Below, piece after piece: positions 1 through 9,776 of a stretch of 64,000 bases of DNA (the first letter of the stretch is position 1; each line of letters opens with the position of its first letter). A program made the translations under genes and the position numbers. Origin of the DNA: a virus; the IMG/VR virus record IMGVR_UViG_3300050025_000126, positions 43,277-107,276 of that record; one strand, written 5' to 3'. The notes under the pieces were generated by a model, which saw nothing but the letters and a program-made list of their open reading frames with translations, searched no databases and was not told the origin of the DNA.

Positions 1-135
1 CTACACCTTTGATATCAACGTCCGACCCTTCTATGTTTGTGTTATAGCAGTGACTACCAGCCAAGGTCAAAAAAATAACGTGTTCTTTCAACCATTTTGG
101 ATTTTGTGGATATTGAAGTGTGTCTAGATCTATTT

Positions 136-834
136 TCACTTAAGCCCCGCTTCTATCTGTCCCCTAGTCTTAGACCTATCCTTGGTCAAAGCCCAGTAAA
201 TATCTAATAGGTCGCCAGCGTTTTCAGGAATATAATGAACGTCTACCGCCTTTAACTGATCTAGGAAGTCCTTATAGTCAGTAAAACCTCGTTTGGTCAA
301 ATCAGCCAAGACAGAAATGGTCATGTTGGTCGACTCTCTGCGGCCTAAACCAATCTTCTTGACTACCTTGGGAATTCTAATTAAAGAAGACAAAGGATAG
401 TTAGAGCCCGTATAAGATGTAGTTTGCAAGGCCATATCCCGCTGAAAGCCCTCTGAACAATAAAAAGCTGTCAGGTCGTTCTCAAGGTTCATCCAAACCC
501 CAATTTGGCAATGCGTAAAGTCAAAGCTGTCAACGAGAGCCCTTAAAGTAGGTTTGAAGTATTTACACAATTGGACCTTCTTGTCATCAATTGTAATTGT
601 AGCGGCATTAAGGTCGTTCTTTTTGACCCCCAGCACATCGTTAGCCACTAATTCAAATACGGTTTGGGATTGTTGGGTTGGGTAAAGGTCTAAGTCATCG
701 AATTCCTTAAGTAACCCTCCACCAGCCAAAACGACCGACCTGATGTGCTTGGATAGAAGATAATCCTTAACTGCCCCTCTTACCCTTTGTATCGCTCTTA
801 GTCGGAATTCTTGCTTTAGCTTGTTGTCCATCAC
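136..834 (-). CDS. Pol beta-family nucleotidyltransferase (polyA polymerase/CCA-adding head domain-like)
   Basis: LAGG...DLDLY catalytic motif and SFDFTHCQ (cf. RDFT motif of class II NTases). Confidence 0.6.
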   Translation of the reverse strand: MMDNKLKQEFRLRAIQRVRGAVKDYLLSKHIRSVVLAGGGLLKEFDDLDLYPTQQSQTVFELVANDVLGVKKNDLNAATITIDDKKVQLCKYFKPTLRALVDSFDFTHCQIGVWMNLENDLTAFYCSEGFQRDMALQTTSYTGSNYPLSSLIRIPKVVKKIGLGRRESTNMTISVLADLTKRGFTDYKDFLDQLKAVDVHYIPENAGDLLDIYWALTKDRSKTRGQIEAGLK

Positions 835-1088
835 TTCACAGCCTCAGGTAGGTGCTTCTTCCAAAACTCCGTCATAGCCTGGGCAATCAAAACGCCCACT
901 GTATCCTGCAATTGCTCTGGATACTGCATATAAGAAATTCTACCCCAGCCACGAACCCTAAGGGCAGCGTCGGTATCTTTCAATACGCCGTCTGCTACCA
1001 TATTGTCCTTTGCGTCATAGATATACCCATGAACATATCGGAATGGTGGGTGATACAACGTCAGGGCTACTTTAGTGATTTCGTTCAT
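831..1088 (-). CDS. Hypothetical phage protein
   Basis: 85-aa ORF coupled to the downstream gene. Confidence 0.6.
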   Translation of the reverse strand: MNEITKVALTLYHPPFRYVHGYIYDAKDNMVADGVLKDTDAALRVRGWGRISYMQYPEQLQDTVGVLIAQAMTEFWKKHLPEAVK

Positions 1089-1124
1089 TTCTTGGTTATA
1101 CCCTTCTTCTCCTAAATAGTCAAC

Positions 1125-1466
1125 TTAAAACGGAGCCTTTTCTACTTCTGGCTCTTTGCCTTTTCGGATGGCCCCGTAGTACCTTTGGTTAATTCCGCCA
1201 TCTTTACAATTACAATCGTGACAAAGCAAGGATAATTTACCGTTTCCGTAGTCTTCTTCATATCGCGTCATCCTCATTTGAGGACTTAGCTTCCTAGCCT
1301 CGTATTCCTTGCCAAAGGGATGGTCGAATTCTAAATTTTCGCTGGACCCACACTTTCGGCACTTACCACCTAGCTTTATGATAAGAAACCCACACCTAAT
1401 ATCAAGTCTGGCTTTTGTTTTTAGCCATTCTTTATGATAGTTGCGTTTTCTTTTGTTTTGCGTCAT
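1125..1466 (-). CDS. HNH endonuclease
   Basis: CRKC...LEFDH...LLCHDCN. Confidence 0.8.
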   Translation of the reverse strand: MTQNKRKRNYHKEWLKTKARLDIRCGFLIIKLGGKCRKCGSSENLEFDHPFGKEYEARKLSPQMRMTRYEEDYGNGKLSLLCHDCNCKDGGINQRYYGAIRKGKEPEVEKAPF

Positions 1467-1544
1467 AATTAAGTTCGTCGGTAGAATCTCCTGGTCTCTC
1501 CGACACCCGTCTCAGCCCTAGTAGCCAGGCCTTGGTCTGAAACA

Positions 1545-1922
1545 TTGCAGACATATTATCACATCGGGTTTTTAAGTCAAGAAGTAATCTTAGGGGTAGG
1601 AAAGGCGGGTAGCCAAATCATAATCCCTTCAGATGAAATTGTGTCCAAAAGCATCGTAGGAAAACTTGGGAACAAGGTCCTATGGGCGGTTTCAACCATT
1701 GGAGGACTTTTTCTAGTAGAATCTAGATCTCCAGACGGGTCCAAAACTGTCTTAGGAGCTGGTTCGCACCGAGGTGTCGCTCGCATGGTGGCTAAAAGAC
1801 TACAGCCCGATATCGAATGGACGGTTTTAGAGAAAAACCAAGAAATTGATGAACGCGATGTCGAAGATATTTTACCGTTCTGGATTCAAGTCGTAGAGAT
1901 GGCCCAAAAGAAACTAAGCTAA
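1545..1922 (+). CDS. Hypothetical late protein (start uncertain)
   Basis: Open frame abutting the next gene; no ATG after the AATCTT motif. Confidence 0.55.
   Translation: MQTYYHIGFLSQEVILGVGKAGSQIIIPSDEIVSKSIVGKLGNKVLWAVSTIGGLFLVESRSPDGSKTVLGAGSHRGVARMVAKRLQPDIEWTVLEKNQEIDERDVEDILPFWIQVVEMAQKKLS
1553..1591. promoter_or_regulatory. Divergent promoter cassette: minus-strand sigma70 promoter plus plus-strand AATCTT motif
   Basis: Minus TTGACT-16-TAATAT with extended TG; plus AATCTT at 1586-1591. Confidence 0.55.
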
Positions 1923-2750
1923 ATGGAATCTCCTGGTCTAAAGCCTACAGTCAACAGTATTCGTTTCCCTACAGCTACTAGCGTCGCGTTTGACCTACAG
2001 GCTTTCAACGATGGTATTGCCGCTCACGGATTACTTTTTATTCATCTCCGAGCCATGCGTGACCCCGTTGGTTTAATTGATAAATTTGACGCCCGAAGGC
2101 CTAATCCTAGTAGTAAGGAAGCTCTTAATGGATGTATTCATACTCGGGCAGGCATAGTCAGAGCGTTGTGTCTTGGTAACACTAAAGAAACAAAAGCTTC
2201 CGATGCAGGACTAACTGACTCGGCTCAGGCTCAATTCACCCCATTGAGTCAATATGAAGACACAGGTAAAAGAGTGTTCCTGGCCCCTTATGACCGATTG
2301 CTATTGCAAGAAGAATCGGTTTTGGTGACGAGACACGAATTGATAGAAGCTTCCCCCACTGGTATTGACCGTCCAAAATTCCCGGCTGTGGAGATACTAG
2401 ACTGTATCGACGCTAACAGCATCAGGTATCACCAGGGTACCGATTTTGAGATTACTCAAGACGGATTAATTGTATGGAAAGATAGAAGGCCTGGACAAGA
2501 TGTATCCTCTGGGAAAGGAATTGTTTTTGGAATTAGGTACGTCTATAGACCGTTTTGGATTGTCGCTAGGATGATTCACGAAATTAGAATGGTACAATGC
2601 GATAATTTTCTAACTGGCGAACGTACCATGGTCCAAGCGCCTCAATCAGCATTGATCTATCGCGAATTCTATTTTGAAAGCGAAGCCGCTGATTCTGGCA
2701 CTAGAGCGTCAGAAGAAGGCCCTTCCAACGGGCAAATAACTGCTCAATAG
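1923..2750 (+). CDS. Probable virion structural protein (neck/head-tail adaptor-like)
   Basis: Plus-strand late context, beta-rich, YHQGTDFEITQDGLIVW segment typical of virion proteins; function inferred. Confidence 0.4.
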   Translation: MESPGLKPTVNSIRFPTATSVAFDLQAFNDGIAAHGLLFIHLRAMRDPVGLIDKFDARRPNPSSKEALNGCIHTRAGIVRALCLGNTKETKASDAGLTDSAQAQFTPLSQYEDTGKRVFLAPYDRLLLQEESVLVTRHELIEASPTGIDRPKFPAVEILDCIDANSIRYHQGTDFEITQDGLIVWKDRRPGQDVSSGKGIVFGIRYVYRPFWIVARMIHEIRMVQCDNFLTGERTMVQAPQSALIYREFYFESEAADSGTRASEEGPSNGQITAQ

Positions 2751-2778
2751 CAATCTTCCTAAATAGGAGAAATACAAA

Positions 2779-3231
2779 ATGACTGACATCGTAGCCACCG
2801 TAGAAAATGCAGTAAAAGCCGCTGAACCCGTAGTTGTAGCAGAAGCCGCAAAGGTCGAAGCCGCAGTCGCCCCTGTTGTAGCTGTTGTAGAGACTAAAGC
2901 TCAAGAAGTCGCCAAGACTCTATCTGATATGGCTGTAGAAGCTGTTAAGGCCGCTGAAAAAGAACTAGAAGTAGCTAAGGCCAAGGCTGCTACTGTAAAG
3001 GCTGACCTGGAAGCTTCCCTAGCTAAAGAAGCAGACCGCGTTAAATCGGAGCTTGCTAAGATTCAGGCAATTACAGAAGTCAAGAAAGTAGAACAAGCTG
3101 TTGCCTCCGTAGCCAAAGAAGTGGTGGCCGAAGAAGCAACAGTTGTTAAAGGTCATCCTAATCTAGTAGCGCTTGTAATTGCTGTAGTAAGTCTAGCTAT
3201 TGGTGTTGTCGGTACCTTGATTCTAAAGTAA
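2779..3231 (+). CDS. Ala/Val/Glu/Lys-rich coiled-coil protein with C-terminal membrane anchor
   Basis: AGGAG RBS; low complexity; C-terminal LVALVIAVVSLAIGVVGTLIL. Confidence 0.75.
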   Translation: MTDIVATVENAVKAAEPVVVAEAAKVEAAVAPVVAVVETKAQEVAKTLSDMAVEAVKAAEKELEVAKAKAATVKADLEASLAKEADRVKSELAKIQAITEVKKVEQAVASVAKEVVAEEATVVKGHPNLVALVIAVVSLAIGVVGTLILK

Positions 3232-4002
3232 TTACGACACCTTGCGGCGGAAGCGTCTCCCCGGAGTGGTGCTACCGGTGCAACTTGGCCAAATAACAGG
3301 AATATAACCAACAGAAGCCTTCACCTTCTTCCATCCGCGCTTACACGTATAATACTGGTCATTTTCCTTAATAACCTCTGTAGGCTCCAATTCTCGATAC
3401 TTAGAGGCCTTCTTTGCTGGCTTCTTTTCAACCACATCTACCAATTCCAACTCATGGTCGGCATACTTAGGCGTATCTCCTCCGACTACCAAAACAAAGT
3501 TGCGCCATGATTCTGGGGCGTCTTTCTCTAGGACCTTAAAGACCTTACCAATTTCGCCCTTGCGTCCTGCGTGAAGAATCTTGACACTTTGACCAACCTT
3601 GAACTTGGTTTCAACGGGCTTAACAATCTTGCGGCGACACCGACCTGCGTTACAAGCTGACAAGTGTTCTGTTCCCGGCTGCGTACAACCGTGGTCATAG
3701 GTATGCCACTCCTTATGGTCGTCTGTCCACTGATCTCCTTTTTGAATGACGTCGCCCACCTTCAAATAATAGTAATCATTATTGGTAGGGTCTGGGCGGT
3801 ACCAGTTCCGACAAATCTCTTCATCCCGCAGAACGTTATTGCCAACATTCCTAGAAATGACCGGCTCTGACTTGGCATACTTGTAGAGCCAAAGGTCGCC
3901 TTCCTTGATAACATCTCCATACTTAAGGAAGCGTCCTGGGGGCAAAACTTCTCGTACTTGCTCTGTCTTGGTGATTTCGCGGGTCCACACATGTTCGTTC
4001 AT
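3232..4002 (-). CDS. Protein with 3 copies of a YxxLxxGDxIxxGD...YRR repeat plus a KOW/SH3-like domain
   Basis: Repeats visible in translation; KFKVGQSVKI...GEIGKV; GGAG RBS and sigma70 promoter upstream. Confidence 0.8.
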   Translation of the reverse strand: MNEHVWTREITKTEQVREVLPPGRFLKYGDVIKEGDLWLYKYAKSEPVISRNVGNNVLRDEEICRNWYRPDPTNNDYYYLKVGDVIQKGDQWTDDHKEWHTYDHGCTQPGTEHLSACNAGRCRRKIVKPVETKFKVGQSVKILHAGRKGEIGKVFKVLEKDAPESWRNFVLVVGGDTPKYADHELELVDVVEKKPAKKASKYRELEPTEVIKENDQYYTCKRGWKKVKASVGYIPVIWPSCTGSTTPGRRFRRKVS

Positions 4003-4029
4003 TGATATTCTCCTGAGTTGTTAAAAGTA

Positions 4030-4068
4030 ATAATACCAAAGGTTCGTAGGCGAGTCAACAACAATCTT
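4030..4068. promoter_or_regulatory. Divergent promoter cassette
   Basis: Minus TTGACT-17-TATTAT; plus GTCAACAACAATCTT ending 10 nt before ATG 4079. Confidence 0.7.
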
Positions 4069-4078
4069 TTCTTTAAAG

Positions 4079-4831
4079 ATGTTACCGTCATTTTTCAAGG
4101 AAATTTTAGGAGAGCAAGGCGCCTCAGTAATGATGCAATTGGCCAAGACGTCTAAAGAGCTTGGGGCCTATCTTACTCCTCGCATCATAGTTAGCTGGCT
4201 TAGGCAATCTGAATATGGGGCTATGCCTATTCCCGCTGGTTGCCCTCTTACTTCTTTGACTAAAAACGGATACGGCTATTCTGGCACAAGCAATATCCTA
4301 GGTCAAGATTATTCTTTTAAAAATTCATCGGAAGAACACATTGCAGCAGTTATTGCAGTTGCGTCAAATCAGAAGATAGAGCCGGTCGAGGTCAAAGATG
4401 TCGACCTAGCGAGACTAGCTAAAACCATTGACCTATTGTGTAAAATTGCTTTAAAGGCTCCTAACGACCAACACGAACGCACCCAGACCGCCTCTAATAT
4501 CCAGCCCGAAGAGCCTATCCAACCAGTCCTAAAGCAACCTGCTCAGAATCAAACCAAGACGCCTGTTAAGAGTAGAATCCCTAAGATAAAGAAGCCGTTA
4601 GTTAATATTCAAAAGCCCTTGAAGGTAACCAAGAGCGAATCGGAGAGTCTTTGTTTGGTGTGTGGCGGCAAGATGTTTCAAAAGGGTATTTTCGTTGGTT
4701 GCACTTGTTTTAAGCCGATGGCCAAGAGCGTGAAGACTTCTGTAAGTGGTGGTGGGTATTTACTTACGTTTGATGATGAGTGGGATATGGACGCACATTT
4801 AGCTTTGATTGGAGCTTTGAAACGTGGATAA
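4079..4831 (+). CDS. Hypothetical late protein with C-terminal Cys motifs
   Basis: 250-aa ORF; CLVC...CTC. Confidence 0.7.
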   Translation: MLPSFFKEILGEQGASVMMQLAKTSKELGAYLTPRIIVSWLRQSEYGAMPIPAGCPLTSLTKNGYGYSGTSNILGQDYSFKNSSEEHIAAVIAVASNQKIEPVEVKDVDLARLAKTIDLLCKIALKAPNDQHERTQTASNIQPEEPIQPVLKQPAQNQTKTPVKSRIPKIKKPLVNIQKPLKVTKSESESLCLVCGGKMFQKGIFVGCTCFKPMAKSVKTSVSGGGYLLTFDDEWDMDAHLALIGALKRG

Positions 4832-5303
4832 CCAAGAAAAACCAAAATGGCGCAACGTATACGAAACTCTTAAACCAGAGGACCACGACCAATTAGAAGC
4901 AAATTCTGCCATTAACGAGTTTAGGGGTGGACTTCCAAAAGAGGAAGCCGAATCCAAAGCACACCAAGACTACCTCAAGAACCACGCTATGGATAGTGCA
5001 GCTTTTCACTATATCGGGATGCGCGCTGCAACAGCCGCTCAACACGAACCAGCCGCCAAAAAACACGGGGCCGCATACTCCTTGGCTATGAAGCACCTCG
5101 GTTTAAACCCGCTAGATGCTCCACCCAAAGAAATACTAGATCGCGTGAAGGATGTTGAAAAGTCTCCGTATAAATTCTCTCCACATAGTGCAGATGAATT
5201 TTTTGTCCCTAAAATGCCACAACTTCCAGAGCCAACAGAAGAACAAAAAACTCTAGAGCTAGTTGAAAAGCTTAAATCTATGCGAACAAACAGTCCTAAA
5301 TAA
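4824..5303 (+). CDS. Hypothetical late protein
   Basis: 159-aa ORF with GGAG RBS, overlapping the upstream stop. Confidence 0.7.
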   Translation: MDNQEKPKWRNVYETLKPEDHDQLEANSAINEFRGGLPKEEAESKAHQDYLKNHAMDSAAFHYIGMRAATAAQHEPAAKKHGAAYSLAMKHLGLNPLDAPPKEILDRVKDVEKSPYKFSPHSADEFFVPKMPQLPEPTEEQKTLELVEKLKSMRTNSPK

Positions 5304-5308
5304 CACAA

Positions 5309-6289
5309 ATGTCGCTCTCAGAAACTCCAACGTTTAAAACATGTCCAGACTGTAAAACAAAGAAGCCAAGTTCCGCCTTTAACAAAAATGGAAACAAGCT
5401 TCAAGACTATTGTAAAGACTGTCACTCAAAACGTCAAAAAGCCTCACGCGAAAAAAACAGCAATAGAAAGAACATTGTAATACCAGATTTTAAAACATGC
5501 TCTAACTGTGGCGTTGAAAAACCGTCTTCATGTTTTTGTAGGTCTAGGGGCAATAGAAGCGGCCTTGGCTCTTTTTGTAAGGACTGTCAGTCCAAACACC
5601 AGAAGCGCTCATACGGGAAGAACAAAGCTAGAAAGTATATTTTAATCCCAGACTTTAAGACATGTCCGGGATGTAACATAGAGAAACCGGGTTGTGTTTT
5701 TGGGCAATCTAGGGGCTCGAAGGATGGACTTGGTGTATACTGCAAGGTATGCTCGGCTATTCATAACAGAAAGCGTAGATACGGTGTCACGGAAGAGTGG
5801 TACCAGGCAATCTTACTCGCACAAAATTACTCTTGTGCTATTTGTAAAACCAAGACACCTGGTGGTAAGGGCACTTGGCACACAGACCACAACCATTTAA
5901 CGGGTGAAGTTCGCGGACTGTTATGTAACAACTGTAATTCGGCAATCGGTTGTTTTAAAGATTCTACCTTTTTAATCGATAAAGCAATTAAATATCTAAG
6001 CCTTCCTATGTCGGGTATTGTCTACAAAAAAGCTTCGGCTAAAAACATAAGTGCCGCATTTTTAAAGGCCCAAAACGGTTTGTGTAAAGTCTGCCTAACT
6101 GACCTATCTATAAAGGGCTCTTGTTTAGACCACTGTCACTTAACTGGAATAGTTAGAGGCTGTCTTTGTAGATTTTGTAATTTAGGGTTAGGGCGTTTTG
6201 GGGATTTTGGGGATTCAGCATCAGTAATGCAAAGTGCTATCGAGTATCTAATTAAGTTTGAATCCCTTAAGGTCGCTCCGAAAGTTTAA
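5309..6289 (+). CDS. Endonuclease VII-type HNH homing endonuclease with 3 zinc-finger repeats and 2 EndoVII domains
   Basis: 3x FKTCxxC...YCKxC; DHNHLTGEVRGLLCNNCN and DHCHLTGIVRGCLCRFCN. Confidence 0.85.
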   Translation: MSLSETPTFKTCPDCKTKKPSSAFNKNGNKLQDYCKDCHSKRQKASREKNSNRKNIVIPDFKTCSNCGVEKPSSCFCRSRGNRSGLGSFCKDCQSKHQKRSYGKNKARKYILIPDFKTCPGCNIEKPGCVFGQSRGSKDGLGVYCKVCSAIHNRKRRYGVTEEWYQAILLAQNYSCAICKTKTPGGKGTWHTDHNHLTGEVRGLLCNNCNSAIGCFKDSTFLIDKAIKYLSLPMSGIVYKKASAKNISAAFLKAQNGLCKVCLTDLSIKGSCLDHCHLTGIVRGCLCRFCNLGLGRFGDFGDSASVMQSAIEYLIKFESLKVAPKV

Positions 6290-6417
6290 TAACCTCCGCG
6301 TACCTCTTAGCTGTCATCTTTTTGCCCTTAGCTAATCCTAGGGCTAATAGGTGTCGTTCTTGCCGCCTACGACGTTCAAGAGTAGGATTAGAATTCTTGA
6401 ACCGTGTTCTGGTGCGC

Positions 6418-7398
6418 TTAGACATTAGTCTTATCCTTGCTGTACCATTCTGTGCGAGCCTTGACTGCACCATCAAAGGCCTTAAGGCAATTCGCTAGAT
6501 ACTTGGCCAAAATATAATCCGGTGTGTCACTGCCGTTTTCGAGGGTATACTTCTTAATAAGCAGCTTTAGCTCATGGGTGAAGGTAGTTGACTTTTCTTC
6601 TACTTTGGATTCTACTGGCTTGACGTCTGGAATTGTGGTCTCCTTCTTTACCACACTAGTAATCTTGCGACGATAACGGTCTCCCCCTTTCCCAAATCCC
6701 GAATCTCCTACTTTGGCATTGTAAGGCGTATAATGTCCTGAGGACCCCATCCAGTCGTCACGACGGTATTCAAACTGGTCTCCTTCAATCAACTTCTCCC
6801 CAATGTCCAAATAGCGATGCGTTGCGTCTTGCATACGAATAGGACGACGAATCTCTCCATTCTTTACCCAACTCTTCCCTACAACCATGCCATGCGCCCC
6901 AGGGCTAGTAACGGCTTCCCACACGCCCCTATTATTCTTCCACTGGTCAGTAGTCGTAGTCGCTACTTCGCCCTCTGCAAGAATACGATATTCAATCTTT
7001 TCAACCGGTTTAGCTACAGGTTCAGAGGTCTTAACCTCAACAACAGGCTTGGTAACTCGCGGGCGACGGTATTGGGCCTCTAGAATGTCTTTCTTTTCTA
7101 GAGCTTCCCCGTAAGACGACACAATCTTTTGCCACTCCTTTTGATTCCTACACCGGTATTCGTCACCCTTACGCAGCTTGTCACCAGTGCGTAGCTTGAT
7201 GTAGGGCGAAAGAGTCTTTGGCACAGGACGGCGAAACCGGAATCGCAATACTCCACTGTTTTTCCACTTGTTGGGAGTGTTGATTCCATCTCCGGTCCAC
7301 TTATTTACATCTTCCCACTTATCCTTAAATGGGTATGCCCACTGGTCTCCAAGCTTAATGGCTTCGTCTGCTCCTAAAATTCTATACTTTGTCTTCAT
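6418..7398 (-). CDS. Protein with 4 copies of the YxxLxxGDxIxxGD...YRR repeat and a C-terminal helical domain
   Basis: Repeats visible in translation; C-terminal ENGSDTPDYILAKYL. Confidence 0.8.
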   Translation of the reverse strand: MKTKYRILGADEAIKLGDQWAYPFKDKWEDVNKWTGDGINTPNKWKNSGVLRFRFRRPVPKTLSPYIKLRTGDKLRKGDEYRCRNQKEWQKIVSSYGEALEKKDILEAQYRRPRVTKPVVEVKTSEPVAKPVEKIEYRILAEGEVATTTTDQWKNNRGVWEAVTSPGAHGMVVGKSWVKNGEIRRPIRMQDATHRYLDIGEKLIEGDQFEYRRDDWMGSSGHYTPYNAKVGDSGFGKGGDRYRRKITSVVKKETTIPDVKPVESKVEEKSTTFTHELKLLIKKYTLENGSDTPDYILAKYLANCLKAFDGAVKARTEWYSKDKTNV

Positions 7399-7808
7399 TG
7401 TAGCGGTACCTCGTTCCTTGTGTCTGCTCGTTTGTATTGTTCCGCTATTGAATTACTACATAAATCAACCAGGTCCTTAATGCACTCCGCTGCGGCATAT
7501 CGAAATGCTGGATAGCTGATTGGTTTTACCGTTAGCATAATCGCTTGGATTAGCTCATTGATTTTGTCTGTTTCATCCTTGATTACATTTAGAATAGTAG
7601 CAGGCCGGGCTTGGTAAGCTTCTCTAAGCATAGAGATTGCTTGGCTTTTGAAAGTCTCCATACGGGCCTCAACTTTTTCATTCAAGGCTGTCATTAATTC
7701 AGTGTAGTCTTCTTCAAACGCCTTAGCCTTAGCTGCTGTGGGTTCTTCCTGGGCCTTGATATGGCCAGTCATTTTAATGTTTCTACGTTGTTTCTTGTTC
7801 AATGCCAT
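7395..7808 (-). CDS. Hypothetical helical protein
   Basis: 137-aa ORF, ATGA-coupled to the next gene. Confidence 0.7.
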   Translation of the reverse strand: MALNKKQRRNIKMTGHIKAQEEPTAAKAKAFEEDYTELMTALNEKVEARMETFKSQAISMLREAYQARPATILNVIKDETDKINELIQAIMLTVKPISYPAFRYAAAECIKDLVDLCSNSIAEQYKRADTRNEVPLQ

Positions 7809-7817
7809 TATTATACC

Positions 7818-8603
7818 TTAATTTGAGGAAAGGTCAAGGTTTAAGTTTTTGTATATCAGTTTTACCAGTTCTAAGAAGTCCTCATAAGACATAGCCAACT
7901 TGGCGCGATTGCATCTTCCACAACAGGAAACACAATTATCGATCTCGTAACCCTTAGAGTTATCTTTTCTGTCTATACCATTGTAGATGTATATTGATTT
8001 TTCTATGCCTCTAGCGGTTACGGTATTTCCGCTTGATTTAATTATTTGTGAGGGCTCTTTCCCGCAATACCAACACGGCTGCTTTGACAGCCATTTGATG
8101 TCGTCAATGCCTAAAGAAAACGTCAGACTACGTCTTATAGCGTTAGCTTTATAGCTTCGACACAGCCTACGGAAGCTGGATTCTCCATCTGGAAGAGTCC
8201 AATTTGCCATTCTATTACAGCCACAAGATATTCTTCGCCCTTTTCTTAAACAAAAACCAGTTACTAAGACTTCTTTGCCGCAAAAACACTGACAAATCCA
8301 TTCGTATGATTTTTGGGAAGATTTTGATTGACCTATTACTTTAAGATATCCAAAAACAGATCCTATCTTTATAGGTATTTTGTTCTGTTTGCCAACCTTT
8401 CTCATTGTTTCAGATTTAATACATCCACAAGAGGTCCTTTTATGATCTCTTAGGCTTTTGCTTGTAGCCTCTAACGTTTTATCACTACCACACTCACACC
8501 TGCAAAGCCACAGTATTTTATTGCGGGCAGACCTCTTACCGGTTTTATTTAAAACCCTAAGACGACCATATAGATGTCCTGTAATATCTATTTCAGGTGG
8601 CAT
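7818..8603 (-). CDS. HNH homing endonuclease
   Basis: Two WxCxCxCG...SCGC repeats; CWYCG...GIDRKDNSKGYEIDNCVSCCGRCN. Confidence 0.85.
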   Translation of the reverse strand: MPPEIDITGHLYGRLRVLNKTGKRSARNKILWLCRCECGSDKTLEATSKSLRDHKRTSCGCIKSETMRKVGKQNKIPIKIGSVFGYLKVIGQSKSSQKSYEWICQCFCGKEVLVTGFCLRKGRRISCGCNRMANWTLPDGESSFRRLCRSYKANAIRRSLTFSLGIDDIKWLSKQPCWYCGKEPSQIIKSSGNTVTARGIEKSIYIYNGIDRKDNSKGYEIDNCVSCCGRCNRAKLAMSYEDFLELVKLIYKNLNLDLSSN

Positions 8604-9764
8604 TTAATCATAATCTCGGATGCTTTTTCCAATAGGGAACCGAGGAATTCCATAGGCGGTAAGTTGCTGATACTTTATTGTAAGTAACTTGTTTTTCCAC
8701 TGTTTTGGTTCGTTAAACAACTCCCTGCGCCTCTCATAAGTAGCCCTTAGGCGTGCTTTAAATTCCGATCCATCCTTGGTCTTACATACAAATGCCCCAA
8801 CCGTTCCGGCGTCCTTACCTCGGCCCTCTTCTGCACCAATTATAGGCCACTCGGCTTCCTCAAAATTCTTTAGTTTTTGTAAATAGTAAGAGCGCTTGCC
8901 TCCTTCGTAAGGGCCATCTCCGCGAACCATAGATCCTTCAAAGTTTCCTTCAAGGTTTTTCTCGTGACACGCCATAATTTCATCGTCATTATGACAGATA
9001 GCCGTTTCTACAGGAACAAGTGGGCCACCAAAGCAATTGTAATTATCCTTTAGCCATCTGTCTCTAACAGAAAAAGTACCTTTATTACTTGGTACGTCAT
9101 AGATATGATAATCCACCTTCTCATGACCTGGTCCAGGTTCACTTTGGCGGATAAGACTCATAAGTTCTTCAAATTGATCGTGATACTTGACTGAATAAGC
9201 CTCTCCATCAAGAACCAGATCGGGATACTTTTTGCCAAAACGTTCTTCAACGGCTTTGACAATATGTGGCAAGGAATTCACCTGTTTTCTGGTGCGACTC
9301 CACAGTGTACACTTACCGTTGCTCAAAACGGCCACTAGACGCGAACCATCATATTTGCTCTGTACGTAAACAGGAAACGTAAGCTTGTGCTTAAAGGTAG
9401 GATAGATTTTAGACGGGGCAAGCATAACATCAACCCCACCTAAAATAACAGTAGAATCAATCTCTCCGTTTTCTGCATCCTCAAGGCTTTCGACGTATTT
9501 CTTCTTTTTTTGTTTGGTCCACCTCGCTTCTGCCTCTGCCAGAGCCTGTTGTGCCGCCGTGGTCGCATTGGCCCTGCCCTGGTTCTTGCCCGACTTAATC
9601 GTCTCAGTGGCTACCTGAATAGCCCCACCAAGTTGACCATGGCTTACCGTGATTTGGTCTCCATTAACCTGAATCTGCCAGGTTTGAATAGCTCCCGTAG
9701 ACGACTTTTTATAGAGAATCGGGAGAGTGTTTGTGTTTACGCCGTTTTTTAGTTCTTGAAACAT
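8604..9764 (-). CDS. lig: ATP-dependent DNA ligase
   Basis: KYDGSR motif I, LDGEAY, YDV, FEGSMVR, KLK, C-terminal PRFP. Confidence 0.92.
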   Translation of the reverse strand: MFQELKNGVNTNTLPILYKKSSTGAIQTWQIQVNGDQITVSHGQLGGAIQVATETIKSGKNQGRANATTAAQQALAEAEARWTKQKKKKYVESLEDAENGEIDSTVILGGVDVMLAPSKIYPTFKHKLTFPVYVQSKYDGSRLVAVLSNGKCTLWSRTRKQVNSLPHIVKAVEERFGKKYPDLVLDGEAYSVKYHDQFEELMSLIRQSEPGPGHEKVDYHIYDVPSNKGTFSVRDRWLKDNYNCFGGPLVPVETAICHNDDEIMACHEKNLEGNFEGSMVRGDGPYEGGKRSYYLQKLKNFEEAEWPIIGAEEGRGKDAGTVGAFVCKTKDGSEFKARLRATYERRRELFNEPKQWKNKLLTIKYQQLTAYGIPRFPIGKSIRDYD

Positions 9765-9776
9765 ATGTCCTTTATA

